Source: an uncultured Prochlorococcus sp. (GTDB taxonomy: Bacteria; Cyanobacteriota; Cyanobacteriia; PCC-6307; Cyanobiaceae). From it: a stretch of DNA of 64,000 bases. Shown piece after piece: positions 41,164 through 52,746 of this stretch. Below the pieces are notes generated by a model. It did not search any database and was not told where the DNA came from. It was given only the letters and a program-made list of their open reading frames with translations. Each line of letters begins with the position of its first letter. Within the stretch, counting starts at the first letter, position 1. A program made the translations under genes and the position numbers. The stretch covers positions 117 through 64,116 of the forward strand of contig CACIYC010000003.1 in assembly GCA_902590775.1 (NCBI GenBank). The letters run 5' to 3'.

Positions 41164-41778
41164 TTGCGAGGCAAGACTCTGAGTAGCTTCACACGACCAC
41201 TGGCTCACCTAATAGATCAATTCGAACAACTTCCAGGAATTGGTCCAAGGACAGCTCAGAGACTTGCTTTGTATTTGCTTCGACAACCAGAAGAAAAAGT
41301 CAGAATTTTCTCCAATGCTCTTCTAAACGCACATACAAAAGTAGGGCAATGTAAAAAATGTTTTCATCTAACAGCAGCAACTGAATGTGAAATATGCCTC
41401 AATGCAAACAGAAATAAATCATTAATCTGTGTTGTAGCAGATTCGAGAGACTTAATTGCTTTGGAAAGATCTCGTGAATATAAAGGGCTATACCACGTTC
41501 TTGGTGGCCTAATTTCACCAATGGATGGAATTGGGCCAGAATTGTTAAATATTTCTTCATTAGTTCATAGAGTTGCAAATGAAAGTATTTCAGAAGTCAT
41601 ACTTGCCTTAACTCCAAGTATTGAAGGTGATACTACAAGTCTGTATGTAGCGAAGCTTTTGCGAGCTTTTGTCAAAGTTACAAGAATCGCATATGGTTTA
41701 CCAGTCGGCAGTGAACTTGAATATGCTGATGATGTAACTCTTACTAGAGCAATTGAAGGTAGACGCGAAGTTGAATAA
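41164..41778 (+). CDS. recR: Recombination protein RecR (start may be CTG at 41179)
   Basis: [13 protein letters not shown] HhH, C4 zinc finger, [10 protein letters not shown] and TOPRIM (EGDTT), RIAYGLPVG. Confidence 0.96.
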   Translation: MRGKTLSSFTRPLAHLIDQFEQLPGIGPRTAQRLALYLLRQPEEKVRIFSNALLNAHTKVGQCKKCFHLTAATECEICLNANRNKSLICVVADSRDLIALERSREYKGLYHVLGGLISPMDGIGPELLNISSLVHRVANESISEVILALTPSIEGDTTSLYVAKLLRAFVKVTRIAYGLPVGSELEYADDVTLTRAIEGRREVE

Positions 41779-41794
41779 ATATTAAAAAAAAGAA

Positions 41795-42715
41795 ATGCCT
41801 AAAACCAACAAAGAAACACGTTTTAGCAGAATTAAACCGAGCCAAAGGCTACCTGAGTGGATAAAACCAACTTTAAGCAAAGCTTCTCAATTAGAACGTG
41901 TTCAAAACCTAGTCCAAGAATTCAATTTAAACACTATCTGCGAAGAAGGTCGCTGTCCAAACCGTGGAGAATGTTATGCATCGGGAACTGCAACTTTTCT
42001 CCTTGGTGGATCAATCTGTACGCGAAGTTGTGCTTTTTGCCAAGTAGAGAAAGGAAAATCACCAGTAACAATTGATCCTAATGAAGCGATAAGAGTAGCC
42101 AAGGCTGTACATAAACTCAACCTCAAATATGTTGTTCTTACATCTGTCGCAAGGGATGATTTAAATGATCATGGTGCATCTCTTTTTGTTAATACAATTT
42201 TTAATATAAGAAAAATCAATCCAAAAACATCCATAGAAGTTCTTACACCTGATTTCTGGGGTGGAGTTGTTGATAAAGAAAAAGCAGTTCAAATCCAAAG
42301 AAGTCGACTACGCTCAGTACTGGAAGCAAAACCTATATGCTTCAACCACAATATAGAAACTGTTGAACGTCTACAAAAAGAGGTACGTAGAGGTGCCACA
42401 TACAAAAGATCTCTTCACCTCTTACGTGCTGCAAATGAGATTGATCAAACTATTCCGACAAAATCCGGATTAATGCTAGGTCTTGGAGAAGAACTTGAGG
42501 AAGTTATTCAATCTCTTAAAGACCTAAGAAAGGTGAACTGTCAACAAGTAACAATAGGTCAATACTTACGACCTTCATTAGCGCATCTACCCGTTCAAAG
42601 ATATTGGCACCCCAATGAATTTGAACTTTTAAAGAAAGTCGCCCAAAAATTAGGCTTTACAAAGGTTAATTCAGGGCCATTGGTAAGAAGCAGCTATCAC
42701 GCAAAAGACAGTTAG
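41795..42715 (+). CDS. lipA: Lipoyl synthase
   Basis: [20 protein letters not shown] radical-SAM motif, RSSY. Confidence 0.97.
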   Translation: MPKTNKETRFSRIKPSQRLPEWIKPTLSKASQLERVQNLVQEFNLNTICEEGRCPNRGECYASGTATFLLGGSICTRSCAFCQVEKGKSPVTIDPNEAIRVAKAVHKLNLKYVVLTSVARDDLNDHGASLFVNTIFNIRKINPKTSIEVLTPDFWGGVVDKEKAVQIQRSRLRSVLEAKPICFNHNIETVERLQKEVRRGATYKRSLHLLRAANEIDQTIPTKSGLMLGLGEELEEVIQSLKDLRKVNCQQVTIGQYLRPSLAHLPVQRYWHPNEFELLKKVAQKLGFTKVNSGPLVRSSYHAKDS

Positions 42716-42718
42716 AGT

Positions 42719-43234
42719 TTAGACATAATTCTTATTGTCTTCCCAATGGTGACAACTATATTTATATACCTCCGTGCAGTCGGCAACCATTAGGCTACCA
42801 GCGCCTCCCCAAACCATCCTTAAAGGTAAATCCAAGATAGAGGCACCAACATCTCTAACAGTACTAAAACCTCTTTGCTGGAAATAACGAATAAGTATTT
42901 TATGTTGTTGCGCTTCATCATGAATTGCAAGAAGTCTAGCTCTCTGACAAGGAGTTTCATCAAGAGCCCAAGCCATAGTTGAAGCCCAAATTAAATGACC
43001 AACTCCACGTGGGGCATTTTTACTTACTTGCATAGTATCAAGCTGCAAACCACTGGAATGTTGATAAGCCCATCCCTTCATTTCACCTAAAAGTTGTATT
43101 TTTTGCGGATTTAAATATTTGCCAACCACTAACCTTAATGTCCATAAGTTAAGAGGTCTCCTGATTTGTACTCTTAACAAAAGTCCAGCTAAAGAAGCCT
43201 GCTTCTCTAATACAGCTAAAGCTTTGGAAGTCAT
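42719..43234 (-). CDS. Conserved hypothetical protein, GNAT-like fold
   Basis: LDTMQV....RGVG..I (motif A-like) and RYFQQRGF (motif B-like); ATGA overlap with the upstream gene. Confidence 0.65.
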   Translation of the reverse strand: MTSKALAVLEKQASLAGLLLRVQIRRPLNLWTLRLVVGKYLNPQKIQLLGEMKGWAYQHSSGLQLDTMQVSKNAPRGVGHLIWASTMAWALDETPCQRARLLAIHDEAQQHKILIRYFQQRGFSTVRDVGASILDLPLRMVWGGAGSLMVADCTEVYKYSCHHWEDNKNYV

Positions 43235-44199
43235 GAACTAGGCCAAATTGAATTACCAGGTAACCGTTTCTCAAGCTCTTTTATATGTTTTTGCCTTTCC
43301 TTAAAACGTTCTCTATCATCATCACTAAAAACATTTACACAATAATTGCATTGGATTCCAGGAACATAATTGGTATTTTCCCTTTCTTTAGGAGATAAAG
43401 GCATACCACAAGCAAAGCAAAGTTGATGAACTCCTTGTTTTAGGCAGTGATCCAATGCAACTCTTTGATCAAAAACAAAGCATTCTCCCTCCCAACGACT
43501 TGTTTCTGGAGGTACTTCAGCTAAATACCGAAGGATACCACCATGCAAATGATACACATCAGAGAATCCTTCCTGAGCCAAAAATGATGATGCCTTTTCA
43601 CAACGAATTCCACCAGTACAAAACATGGCAATGCGTTTAATTTTTTTTTCATTTAACAAATCAGGTAATTTGTTCTTTGCCCATTCAGGGAATTCACGAA
43701 ATGTTTCTGTGTGGGGATTTACAGCCCCTTTAAAACTTCCTACAGAAATTTCATATTTATTACGAGTATCAATTACTAAAGTAGATGGATCGTCAATTAA
43801 CTCATTCCAATCATCTGGTTCTACATATTCCCCTGCGCTTTTGAGAGGATCAATTCCAGCAACTCCCATAGTGACAATCTCTTTTTTTCTTCGGGTCTTG
43901 AAACGTCTAAAAGCTTGCTTAGATGTAAAGCTAAACTTAATCTCAAACGGATTCTCAAGCATTAGAGATTCCAATCTCTTTTGAATAGCTAAAACGCCTT
44001 CAATAGGTCCACAAATAGTTCCATTTATACCTTCAAATGCTATTAAAATAGTTCCTCTTACATTCTCTTTCTTAGCAATAGTAGGCATCTCTAAAAGTAA
44101 AGATGAAATAGTTTCTTCTTTTAAAGGAGAAAAACTATAAAAAGTTGCCACTTTCAAAGAACTATCTTTTTCTCTATTGCAACTATTATCCCTACTCAT
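43231..44199 (-). CDS. trhO: Rhodanese-domain tRNA U34 hydroxylase (UPF0176)
   Basis: GTILIA.EGINGT, IDTRN.YE...[22 protein letters not shown]; ATG at 44199 overlaps the end of bioB. Confidence 0.88.
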   Translation of the reverse strand: MSRDNSCNREKDSSLKVATFYSFSPLKEETISSLLLEMPTIAKKENVRGTILIAFEGINGTICGPIEGVLAIQKRLESLMLENPFEIKFSFTSKQAFRRFKTRRKKEIVTMGVAGIDPLKSAGEYVEPDDWNELIDDPSTLVIDTRNKYEISVGSFKGAVNPHTETFREFPEWAKNKLPDLLNEKKIKRIAMFCTGGIRCEKASSFLAQEGFSDVYHLHGGILRYLAEVPPETSRWEGECFVFDQRVALDHCLKQGVHQLCFACGMPLSPKERENTNYVPGIQCNYCVNVFSDDDRERFKERQKHIKELEKRLPGNSIWPSS

Positions 44200-45184
44200 C
44201 CCAATTAACAATAACTCCAGCCGCAGCGAGCAAGTCCCTATCAGCTTTGACAGATGGATTACTAGTTGTTAACAAAGAATCACCGTAAAAGATCGAATCA
44301 GCTCCAGCAAGCAAACAGAGAATCTGTGCTTCTTTACCTAATTCCTCACGACCAGCGCTAAGACGAATGCGGCTTGTTGGCATAAGTATTCTTGCAGTTG
44401 CAACCATTCTGACCAGATCCAATGGGTCTACCATCTCAAGATTTTGCAATGGCGTCCCTTCAATAGGAACCAAAGCATTTATAGGTACGCTTTCAGGATG
44501 AGGCTCCATTGTGGCAAGAACCTTCAACAAAGAAGCTCTATCTTTAATAGTTTCTCCCATTCCAATTATGCCTCCACAGCAAACAGTTATACCAGCTGCA
44601 CGTACTCTATATAGTGTTTCTAAGCGATCCTGATAAGTACGAGTAGAGATAATCTTTTCATAATATTCAGGACTTGTATCAAGATTATGGTTATAAGCAG
44701 TTAACCCAGCATCAGCTAAACGTTTAGCCTGGAGGTCAGTTAGCATCCCTCCAGTTACACAAGCTTCCATACCAATCTCCCTAACGCCTCTAACCATTTC
44801 CAACATAGATTCAAAAGGCTTCCCGTCACGTATCTCTCGCCAAGCCCATCCCATACAAAAACGATCAGCGCCAGCAGCTTTGGCTGCTTTAGCTTGAGCA
44901 AGGACTCCTAGTACATCAAAATCAGATTGATCAGTAACATCACTAGCATTGTGCATTGACTGAGAGCAATAAGCACAATCCTCCTCGCAACCACCTGTCT
45001 TCACACTTAAAAGTGATGCCAACTGAACCTTATATCTTGGATTAAAAATTCTATGTACTTGTTGAGATTCCCATAAAAGCTCTATTAATGGTTTTTTAAG
45101 AATGTTTTGGATCTCATCCAAAGTCCAATCAAAACGTATTTGAACATCTTTTGATATTTGAAACTCTGATTCGACAAATGTCAT
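44192..45184 (-). CDS. bioB: Biotin synthase
   Basis: [42 protein letters not shown]. Confidence 0.97.
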   Translation of the reverse strand: MTFVESEFQISKDVQIRFDWTLDEIQNILKKPLIELLWESQQVHRIFNPRYKVQLASLLSVKTGGCEEDCAYCSQSMHNASDVTDQSDFDVLGVLAQAKAAKAAGADRFCMGWAWREIRDGKPFESMLEMVRGVREIGMEACVTGGMLTDLQAKRLADAGLTAYNHNLDTSPEYYEKIISTRTYQDRLETLYRVRAAGITVCCGGIIGMGETIKDRASLLKVLATMEPHPESVPINALVPIEGTPLQNLEMVDPLDLVRMVATARILMPTSRIRLSAGREELGKEAQILCLLAGADSIFYGDSLLTTSNPSVKADRDLLAAAGVIVNWDE

Positions 45185-45201
45185 TAGAGAAAGAAGATGA
45201 T

Positions 45202-45996
45202 TTAGGATTGGTCAGAGGAAATTTGATCTACTCCTCCAAAACGTCTTCTTCTTGACTGAAAATCAAGAAGAGCATTTGTTAAACTAACCTCATTAAAATC
45301 AGGCCAATATACATCTGTTATATGAATCTCAGCATATGCCAATTGCCAAAGCAAGAAATTACTAATTCGCTTTTCACCACTTGTGCGTATTAACAGGTCT
45401 GGATCTGCAAATTTTGATGTAAATAGTTCTTCTTTAAAAATATTCTCATCAATTAAAGCTGGATGCAATTCTCCTATCATGGCTCTATTGGCTAATTTCT
45501 GAGCAGCTCGAACCAATTCCCTCCTTCCTCCGTAATTTGCACACACATTAAAACAAATACCAGTATTATTCTTTGTAAGCTTTATTGCTTCTTTGATCAG
45601 ATCTTGTAATTTAACAGGCAATTCTTTTAATTCCCCAATAAAATCAACCCGAACATCTTCTAAATTCAAAAATTCAATCTCTTTTTGTAAAACACTCTCA
45701 AATAGCTTCATTAAAAAATTAACTTCTTCTTTTGGTCTAGACCAATTTTCTGTAGAGAAAGCATAAACAGTTAATACTTTTATTCCCCAATTACTGCATA
45801 ATCGCAAAGTCTTTTTAAGTGCTTCAACTCCTGCCGTATGGCCTATAGTTCGTGGCAATTTCTTTTGTTTAGCCCACCTGCCATTTCCATCCATAATAAT
45901 AGCAATATGATTAGGCAATCTATCTTGATCTAATGAAGTTGGCATAGCCGTATTCAAAGACTTATTATCCGTTCCAACAATAAAAGGCACTGTCAT
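45202..45996 (-). CDS. uppS: Undecaprenyl (polyprenyl) diphosphate synthase
   Basis: [45 protein letters not shown]. Confidence 0.96.
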   Translation of the reverse strand: MTVPFIVGTDNKSLNTAMPTSLDQDRLPNHIAIIMDGNGRWAKQKKLPRTIGHTAGVEALKKTLRLCSNWGIKVLTVYAFSTENWSRPKEEVNFLMKLFESVLQKEIEFLNLEDVRVDFIGELKELPVKLQDLIKEAIKLTKNNTGICFNVCANYGGRRELVRAAQKLANRAMIGELHPALIDENIFKEELFTSKFADPDLLIRTSGEKRISNFLLWQLAYAEIHITDVYWPDFNEVSLTNALLDFQSRRRRFGGVDQISSDQS

Positions 45997-46008
45997 TTGA
46001 ATATATGG

Positions 46009-46899
46009 TTATTTTTGCTCTGTAGGGGAATCGGGTTTGAGCTTAGTTGTACTCTCTTCTTGACTATAAGGCAAAGAATTGCTTTTTGAATTATTAGTTT
46101 GAGGAGTTTTTGAAACCCCCGTCCCAGTTGAAGCACTCATAAATTCCTTAAGCAAATCCAACAACCTACTACTCGTAATTGGCCTCTCAAGACGTCCCTG
46201 ATTAGCCAAAGAAAGAGTACCAGTCTCTTCCGAAACTACTACACAAATGCATCTGTCAAACCTTTCTGTTATACCAAGTGCAGCAAGATGTCTAGTACCA
46301 TAACGACTTATGCTTTGTCTTGATAAAGGTAAAATTACGCCCGCAGAAATAATCTTATTACCTTTAATCAAAACCGCACCATCATGAAGAGGAGTTTCTG
46401 CTGCAAAAAGATTTAACAATAATTCTGTTGAGAATTGTGCATCTATAGGCACACCAGAATACAAAAAATCCTCAGGCCGCAAATCACTACCCATGTCTAA
46501 GACAATAAGTGCACCCCTTCTTTTTTGAGATAGTCTTCCGGCAGCCTCTGACAATTGAATAACAGTGCTTGAATTTGACTGAAACTCCTTTTGAGGATTT
46601 CCTAAAAGAACAGCTAATCTTCCAGTTCCAAGCAATTCCATTAAACGTCTCAACTCTCCCTGCCATAAAATCGCAAGAGAAAGAGAGCAGGCCAAAACCA
46701 ACGCATCTATAAGCTTTGAAGTAATCGGTAAAGTTGCAAAACGCTGTACAACCCAAGCAAGAGAAACAAGGAACAAATATCCCCTAAGAAGCCATAATGT
46801 CCTGGGTTCCTTAACTCTTGAAAAAAGCAAGATTCCAAGTGCTGAAGCAAAAAGAATGTCCAGCACAATATCCAGTTTTGTAAACAACCAGAAGTTCAA
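46009..46899 (-). CDS. cdaA: Membrane diadenylate cyclase (c-di-AMP synthase)
   Basis: Three N-terminal TMs and a DAC domain with HDGA, GTRH and SEETG. Confidence 0.93.
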   Translation of the reverse strand: MNFWLFTKLDIVLDILFASALGILLFSRVKEPRTLWLLRGYLFLVSLAWVVQRFATLPITSKLIDALVLACSLSLAILWQGELRRLMELLGTGRLAVLLGNPQKEFQSNSSTVIQLSEAAGRLSQKRRGALIVLDMGSDLRPEDFLYSGVPIDAQFSTELLLNLFAAETPLHDGAVLIKGNKIISAGVILPLSRQSISRYGTRHLAALGITERFDRCICVVVSEETGTLSLANQGRLERPITSSRLLDLLKEFMSASTGTGVSKTPQTNNSKSNSLPYSQEESTTKLKPDSPTEQK

Positions 46900-46927
46900 T
46901 CAATATGTCCCATCTTCTTAAACTTAA

Positions 46928-48295
46928 CTAACCTTTAGCAATAAAGCGATCTGGAAGAATATCATTTCGCAATAGATCTTCAGGTAATTCCCTTCTTTGA
47001 ATTAAATGAGACTCCCCATTCGAAACAATAATTCCTGCAGGCTTAGGAATCCTATTGTAATTTGAACTCATTGAAAAATTGTATGCTCCTGTCCCAAAAA
47101 CACCTAAAATTTCTTCATTCTTAAAAGTAGGTAGCTGAAGATTATTTAACAAGACATCGCCTGATTCGCAGTGTTTACCAGCTATAGAAAAACTCTCTTT
47201 TTTTTCCGAAATAGGATTTTCAACAAGACATGCTGAGTATTCAGATTGATAAGTAATAGGTCTGGGGTTGTCACTCATCCCACCATCTACTGACAAATAC
47301 GTTTTATCTTTAGAGATAATTTTTTTTGCGCCAATAGTATAAAGAGTTATTCCTGCAGTTCCAACAATGGATCTCCCAGGCTCACACATCAATAAAGGCA
47401 ATTTCAAATCTCTTCTGTTACAAGCCTCAGTAACAGATTTAGCAACAACTTTTACCCAATTAGAAATAGAAGGAGGATCATCAGATGAGATATAGCGAAT
47501 ACCAAGTCCGCCGCCAACATTTAATACATCAATAGGATGACCTATTGATCGTCCCAGTTGCAAAGCTTCTACCATTACATCCGCCAAATCTCTATGAGGT
47601 TCTACCTCAAATATTTGAGATCCAATATGAGCATGTAAACCAATCAATTTACCCCATTGAATATTTTTAAGCTGAATAAATATACTCTCAAGCTCTTCAT
47701 GATTGAATCCAAACTTACTATCAAATTGTCCAGTCTTTATATATTCATGAGTATGACATTCTATACCAGGAGTAAAGCGAAGTATAAGTTTTGCTCTCCT
47801 TTCTCCTGGTAAAATCAAATCTTGAAGTTGATCAATATCATGTTGATTATCCAAAACAATCATCACATCATTTCTATAAGCTAAAAGCAATTCTTTACGT
47901 GATTTATTATTACCATGAAAAACAATTTTATTAGGGTTCACTCCTCCTCTTAAAGCTGTTATTAATTCTCCTTCAGAAACAACATCTATTCCTAATCCCT
48001 CAGTTGAAACTATGTTGCTTAAAATCAAAGAACTATTTGCCTTGGAAGCATATAAAGCAAGAGATTCTCCAGGATAGAATTTCTTAAGAGACTTATTATA
48101 TTCTCTACATGATGTTCTTAATGTTAATTCGTCTAAAACATAAAGAGGTGTACCATATTCCTTAGCAAGCTTTTTTAAATTACACCCTCCAACACTTAAT
48201 CTTTGATTGGAATCTAGCTCAGCAGTTATTGGAGCAATATTCCTGTTTGGACTAGATTTGTCCTGATCTTTTTCAAATGAGGTGAAACTAGACAT
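46928..48295 (-). CDS. lysA: Diaminopimelate decarboxylase
   Basis: YASKA PLP Lys, HAHIGSQ, EPGRS, HCESGD, GAY..SMSSNYN. Confidence 0.96.
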   Translation of the reverse strand: MSSFTSFEKDQDKSSPNRNIAPITAELDSNQRLSVGGCNLKKLAKEYGTPLYVLDELTLRTSCREYNKSLKKFYPGESLALYASKANSSLILSNIVSTEGLGIDVVSEGELITALRGGVNPNKIVFHGNNKSRKELLLAYRNDVMIVLDNQHDIDQLQDLILPGERRAKLILRFTPGIECHTHEYIKTGQFDSKFGFNHEELESIFIQLKNIQWGKLIGLHAHIGSQIFEVEPHRDLADVMVEALQLGRSIGHPIDVLNVGGGLGIRYISSDDPPSISNWVKVVAKSVTEACNRRDLKLPLLMCEPGRSIVGTAGITLYTIGAKKIISKDKTYLSVDGGMSDNPRPITYQSEYSACLVENPISEKKESFSIAGKHCESGDVLLNNLQLPTFKNEEILGVFGTGAYNFSMSSNYNRIPKPAGIIVSNGESHLIQRRELPEDLLRNDILPDRFIAKG

Positions 48296-48383
48296 GAGAA
48301 GAAAAGTATCTATTGAAAGTAAAAGTTTTTCTTTTTCTTAAAAGTTAATCAAGCCAAATCAATAAATAAGACGTGAAGCCAAA

Positions 48384-48830
48384 ATGCTACCTCTCAAAAC
48401 AAGTATAGTAAAACTAGATTTAAGAGATCTTGATCGCTGCATCATACTCGACCAACTAACTCTTCATGGTATTTGGAATAGGAAGCAATGGATACAAGAA
48501 CTAACAAATCCATCCAGAATATCTATAGGATTAATTAGTAAATCAAAATTAATTGGATTCTCTTTTGGTTGGATTGTCTTAAACGAATTACACATTACTC
48601 TTGTCGCTATCCATCCATCATATCAAAGGAAAGGATTGGCTAGGTTGATGGTTTCAGAGTTTTTAGAGATTGCAAAAATGAAAAATATAAAAACCACAGT
48701 CTTAGAAATAAAAGAAAATAATTATGCCGCCAAAGCCCTTTATACAAGTCTTAACTTTAAAGAAATTAATACTCGGCTTAATCTATATAAAGATGGAAGT
48801 AATGCCTTGATATTTAAGTTGGATTTTTAA
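48384..48830 (+). CDS. rimI: Ribosomal protein alanine N-acetyltransferase (GNAT)
   Basis: ELHITLVAIHPSYQRKGLA, LEI...N.AA.ALY...F, R..LYKDG..A. Confidence 0.8.
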   Translation: MLPLKTSIVKLDLRDLDRCIILDQLTLHGIWNRKQWIQELTNPSRISIGLISKSKLIGFSFGWIVLNELHITLVAIHPSYQRKGLARLMVSEFLEIAKMKNIKTTVLEIKENNYAAKALYTSLNFKEINTRLNLYKDGSNALIFKLDF

Positions 48831-49019
48831 ATATAAGTTAAACAAATTTTTGCTCAATCCTCGAGAAATAATATAACTTATATTGACTGCAAAGTTAAAT
48901 GATTTTTTTTATGCACAAATTGTACCCAAAAAATTACGGTTTATACGAAAGCTAACCACCAGCACAATCTCATCTCAATCCTGATAAATTAGATATATTT
49001 AAAACTCTGGCCAGACCAT

Positions 49020-51569
49020 ATGTTCGAAAGGTTTACCGAAAAGGCCATCAAAGTAATTATGCTGGCCCAAGAAGAGGCTAGGCGCCTTGGCCATAATTTT
49101 GTTGGGACTGAGCAAATCCTCCTAGGGTTAATTGGTGAGGGAACTGGTGTGGCAGCAAAAGTCTTAAAGTCAATGAGCGTAAACCTTAAAGATTCCAGAG
49201 TAGAAGTAGAAAAAATAATTGGAAGAGGGTCAGGCTTTGTAGCGGTAGAGATTCCCTTTACACCAAGAGCTAAAAGAGTCTTGGAGCTTTCCTTAGAAGA
49301 AGCAAGACAACTTGGTCACAATTACATAGGAACTGAACACCTTTTACTTGGATTAATCCGTGAAGGAGAAGGTGTGGCCGCAAGAGTTTTAGAAAACCTT
49401 GGAGTTGATCTAACAAAAGTAAGAACTCAAGTCATCAGAATGCTTGGTGAAACAGCCGAGGTATCAGCAGGGGGAGGCTCTGGTAAAAGTTCAGTTAAAA
49501 CGGCAACATTAGACGAATTTGGAACAAATCTAACTAAATTAGCTAGTGAATCTAAACTTGATCCAGTTGTTGGTCGTTTCGATGAAATTGATAGGGTTAT
49601 ACAAATTCTTGGGCGAAGAACAAAAAATAATCCTGTCCTCATAGGAGAGCCTGGTGTAGGAAAAACTGCCATTGCTGAAGGTCTAGCTCAAAGGATCCAG
49701 CAAGGTGATATACCAGATATTCTTGAAGAAAAAAGAGTTTTAACTTTAGACATAGGTTTACTTGTAGCAGGAACAAAATATCGAGGTGAATTTGAAGAAA
49801 GACTGAAAAAAATAATGGAAGAAATAAAATCAGCAGGAAATGTAATTCTTGTAATAGATGAAGTTCATACTCTTATAGGCGCTGGTGCAGCAGAAGGGGC
49901 TATTGATGCAGCTAATATTCTCAAGCCAGCTTTAGCCAGAGGAGAACTTCAATGCATTGGAGCAACAACACTTGATGAATATAGAAAACATATTGAGAGA
50001 GATGCAGCACTAGAAAGACGATTCCAACCAGTAATGATTGGCGAACCATCAATAGAAGACACAATAGAAATTCTTAAAGGCCTTAGGGAAAGATATGAAC
50101 AGCATCATCGGCTAAAAATTACAGATGAAGCACTAAATGCAGCAGCTAATTTAGGAGATAGATACATTTCAGATAGATTTTTACCAGATAAAGCTATTGA
50201 TCTCATTGACGAAGCTGGAAGTAGAGTTAGATTACTTAACTCAAAACTTCCACCAGAAGCAAAACAAATAGATAAAGAATTAAGGAAAATACAAAAAGAA
50301 AAAGAAGAAGCAGTTAGAGAACAAAATTTTACAGAAGCAGGTGATCTACGCGAAAAAGAAGTAGAGTTGAGGGAAAAGATTAGGTCAATTTTAGACAATA
50401 CAAAACAAGAAAATACAGACGTAAAGAATAAATCCTCTAATGAAGATTTAACAACCCAAGACAACAATATCAAAGATAAAGTTATTCAGAGCTCGCCTAT
50501 TGTAAATGAAGAAGATATTGCTCATATTGTAGCTTCATGGACAGGAGTTCCTGTTCAAAAGCTTACAGAAAGTGAATCAGTTAAGTTATTAAATATGGAA
50601 GACACTCTACATCAAAGACTAATCGGACAAGATGAAGCCGTAAGATCAGTTTCTAAAGCAATAAGAAGAGCAAGAGTGGGTCTAAAAAACCCAAATAGAC
50701 CAATTGCTAGTTTTATTTTTTCAGGCCCAACAGGAGTTGGTAAAACAGAATTAACAAAAGCATTGGCAGCCTATTTCTTTGGAAGCGAAGAAGCAATGAT
50801 TCGCCTAGATATGTCAGAATTTATGGAAAGGCATACAGTTAGCAAATTAATAGGATCACCTCCAGGATATGTTGGTTTCAATGAGGGTGGGCAATTAACT
50901 GAAGCAGTTAGAAGAAGACCATATACTGTTGTTTTATTTGATGAAATAGAGAAAGCACATCCAGATGTTTTCAATCTACTTCTACAATTATTAGAAGAAG
51001 GTAGATTAACTGACTCAAAAGGAAGAACTGTTGATTTTAAAAATACACTTATAATAATGACCTCTAATATTGGATCAAAAGTTATAGAAAAAGGTGGTGG
51101 TGGATTAGGCTTTGAATTAGATGGAGAAAATCCAGAAGATAGTCAATATAATAGAATCAAATCTCTAGTAAATGAAGAGCTAAAACAATATTTTAGGCCT
51201 GAATTCTTAAATAGATTAGATGAAATAATAGTATTTAGACAACTAACTCGAGAAGAAGTAAAAGATATTGCAGAAATAATGCTAGAAGAAGTGTTCTCTA
51301 GAATAAAAGATAAAGGCATTGCATTAACTGTTTCGGAAGCCTTTAAAGAAAGACTAGTTGAAGAAGGCTATAACCCTGCTTATGGAGCACGCCCACTTAG
51401 AAGAGCAGTGATGAGATTACTAGAAGATAGTCTGGCAGAAGAAGTTTTATCAGGAAAGATCAAAGATGGTGACAAAGCAGAAGTAGATATAGATGAAAAC
51501 AAGAATGTTATTGTTAAACATATAGACAAAAATCCAAATGAACCTGAACTTGCAACAGCAGGCATTTAG
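49020..51569 (+). CDS. clpC: ATP-dependent Clp protease ATPase subunit ClpC
   Basis: [26 protein letters not shown] start, two AAA+ modules, UVR domain, GGLGF ClpP-binding loop. Confidence 0.97.
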   Translation: MFERFTEKAIKVIMLAQEEARRLGHNFVGTEQILLGLIGEGTGVAAKVLKSMSVNLKDSRVEVEKIIGRGSGFVAVEIPFTPRAKRVLELSLEEARQLGHNYIGTEHLLLGLIREGEGVAARVLENLGVDLTKVRTQVIRMLGETAEVSAGGGSGKSSVKTATLDEFGTNLTKLASESKLDPVVGRFDEIDRVIQILGRRTKNNPVLIGEPGVGKTAIAEGLAQRIQQGDIPDILEEKRVLTLDIGLLVAGTKYRGEFEERLKKIMEEIKSAGNVILVIDEVHTLIGAGAAEGAIDAANILKPALARGELQCIGATTLDEYRKHIERDAALERRFQPVMIGEPSIEDTIEILKGLRERYEQHHRLKITDEALNAAANLGDRYISDRFLPDKAIDLIDEAGSRVRLLNSKLPPEAKQIDKELRKIQKEKEEAVREQNFTEAGDLREKEVELREKIRSILDNTKQENTDVKNKSSNEDLTTQDNNIKDKVIQSSPIVNEEDIAHIVASWTGVPVQKLTESESVKLLNMEDTLHQRLIGQDEAVRSVSKAIRRARVGLKNPNRPIASFIFSGPTGVGKTELTKALAAYFFGSEEAMIRLDMSEFMERHTVSKLIGSPPGYVGFNEGGQLTEAVRRRPYTVVLFDEIEKAHPDVFNLLLQLLEEGRLTDSKGRTVDFKNTLIIMTSNIGSKVIEKGGGGLGFELDGENPEDSQYNRIKSLVNEELKQYFRPEFLNRLDEIIVFRQLTREEVKDIAEIMLEEVFSRIKDKGIALTVSEAFKERLVEEGYNPAYGARPLRRAVMRLLEDSLAEEVLSGKIKDGDKAEVDIDENKNVIVKHIDKNPNEPELATAGI

Positions 51570-51595
51570 TCAATACAAAAAACAATTAATCAGGG

Positions 51596-52732
51596 ATGAA
51601 TATTAACAATATATTGCATAAAATATCACCAGAAAAAGTGATCAGAGGAGAAGGGGCCTGGTCAGAAGGAAAAAATCTTATCCCAAAAATATGCAAAAAA
51701 CCAATGTTAATAGGAAGAAGTAATTCAACTCATTCAATTAGAAAATCATTAATTTCAGACCTTGAGCATATCGGCATTAATCCTATTAAGGGAGAATTAA
51801 AATACGATTGCTGTGAAGTTGATATAAATAGAATAAGTTCATTAGCAAAACAATCTAAATGTGATGGAATAATTGCAGCCGGAGGAGGGAAAGTACTTGA
51901 TGCAGGAAAGTTAATTGCCGAGAATTTACAAATACCTTGTATAACAGTTCCTCTTAGTGCTTCTACTTGCGCTGGGTGGACGGCACTTGCAAATATTTAC
52001 TCGCAAAAAGGCGCTTTTATAAGAGATAAAGATTTAAGTACATGCCCAAGATTACTAATTTTTGATTATGAATTTATTCGAATAGCCCCTAAAAGAACCC
52101 TTGCAAGTGGAATTGCTGATGCATTAGCAAAATGGTATGAAGCTTCAATTAGCAGCGGAGACTCAAATGATGGAATGGTTCAACAAGCTGTACAAATGGC
52201 AAGAGTACTTAGAGATCAACTATTAATTGATGGAAATGAAGCATTAAAAAATCCATATAGTGACGCATGGATCAGAGTAGTCGAAGGATGTTCTCTTACC
52301 GCTGGCTTAATAGGAGGTATAGGCGGATCAAAATGCAGAACAGCTGCAGCTCATGCTGTTCACAATGGACTCACTCAATTAGATTTCAAGAAACATGCAT
52401 TACATGGAGAATTAGTTGGATTTGGAATACTTGTTCAACTAACAATTGAAGAACTATTTTCAGATAATCACCTGGCCACACAAACCAAAAATCAATTGTT
52501 CAAACTTTTAAAAAGCTTAGGCCTACCTACAGATTTAAAATCTCTTGGTCTAGCAGGACTTACAAAGGAAGAACTTGAAAAGGCATGCTTATTCTCTTGC
52601 AATAGGAATTCTGATATACACAATCTACCTTTTAAAATTGATAAGAATATTTTAATTAAAGCTATAATAGAAACAGAAGGGTCAAACTACGAATCATTAT
52701 TAATTAATAAAAGAGAAATTATCATTGAGTAA
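51596..52732 (+). CDS. gldA: Glycerol dehydrogenase-like (iron-containing alcohol dehydrogenase family)
   Basis: AAGGGKVLDAGK, GIADALAKWYE, AHAVHNG, HGELV. Confidence 0.85.
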   Translation: MNINNILHKISPEKVIRGEGAWSEGKNLIPKICKKPMLIGRSNSTHSIRKSLISDLEHIGINPIKGELKYDCCEVDINRISSLAKQSKCDGIIAAGGGKVLDAGKLIAENLQIPCITVPLSASTCAGWTALANIYSQKGAFIRDKDLSTCPRLLIFDYEFIRIAPKRTLASGIADALAKWYEASISSGDSNDGMVQQAVQMARVLRDQLLIDGNEALKNPYSDAWIRVVEGCSLTAGLIGGIGGSKCRTAAAHAVHNGLTQLDFKKHALHGELVGFGILVQLTIEELFSDNHLATQTKNQLFKLLKSLGLPTDLKSLGLAGLTKEELEKACLFSCNRNSDIHNLPFKIDKNILIKAIIETEGSNYESLLINKREIIIE

Positions 52733-52746
52733 ATAATATATAATTA

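Noticed and set aside
48934-48949. K-box-like TTACGG-TTTA-TACGAA upstream of clpC
   Set aside because: Too many mismatches, and the spacing is off by one.
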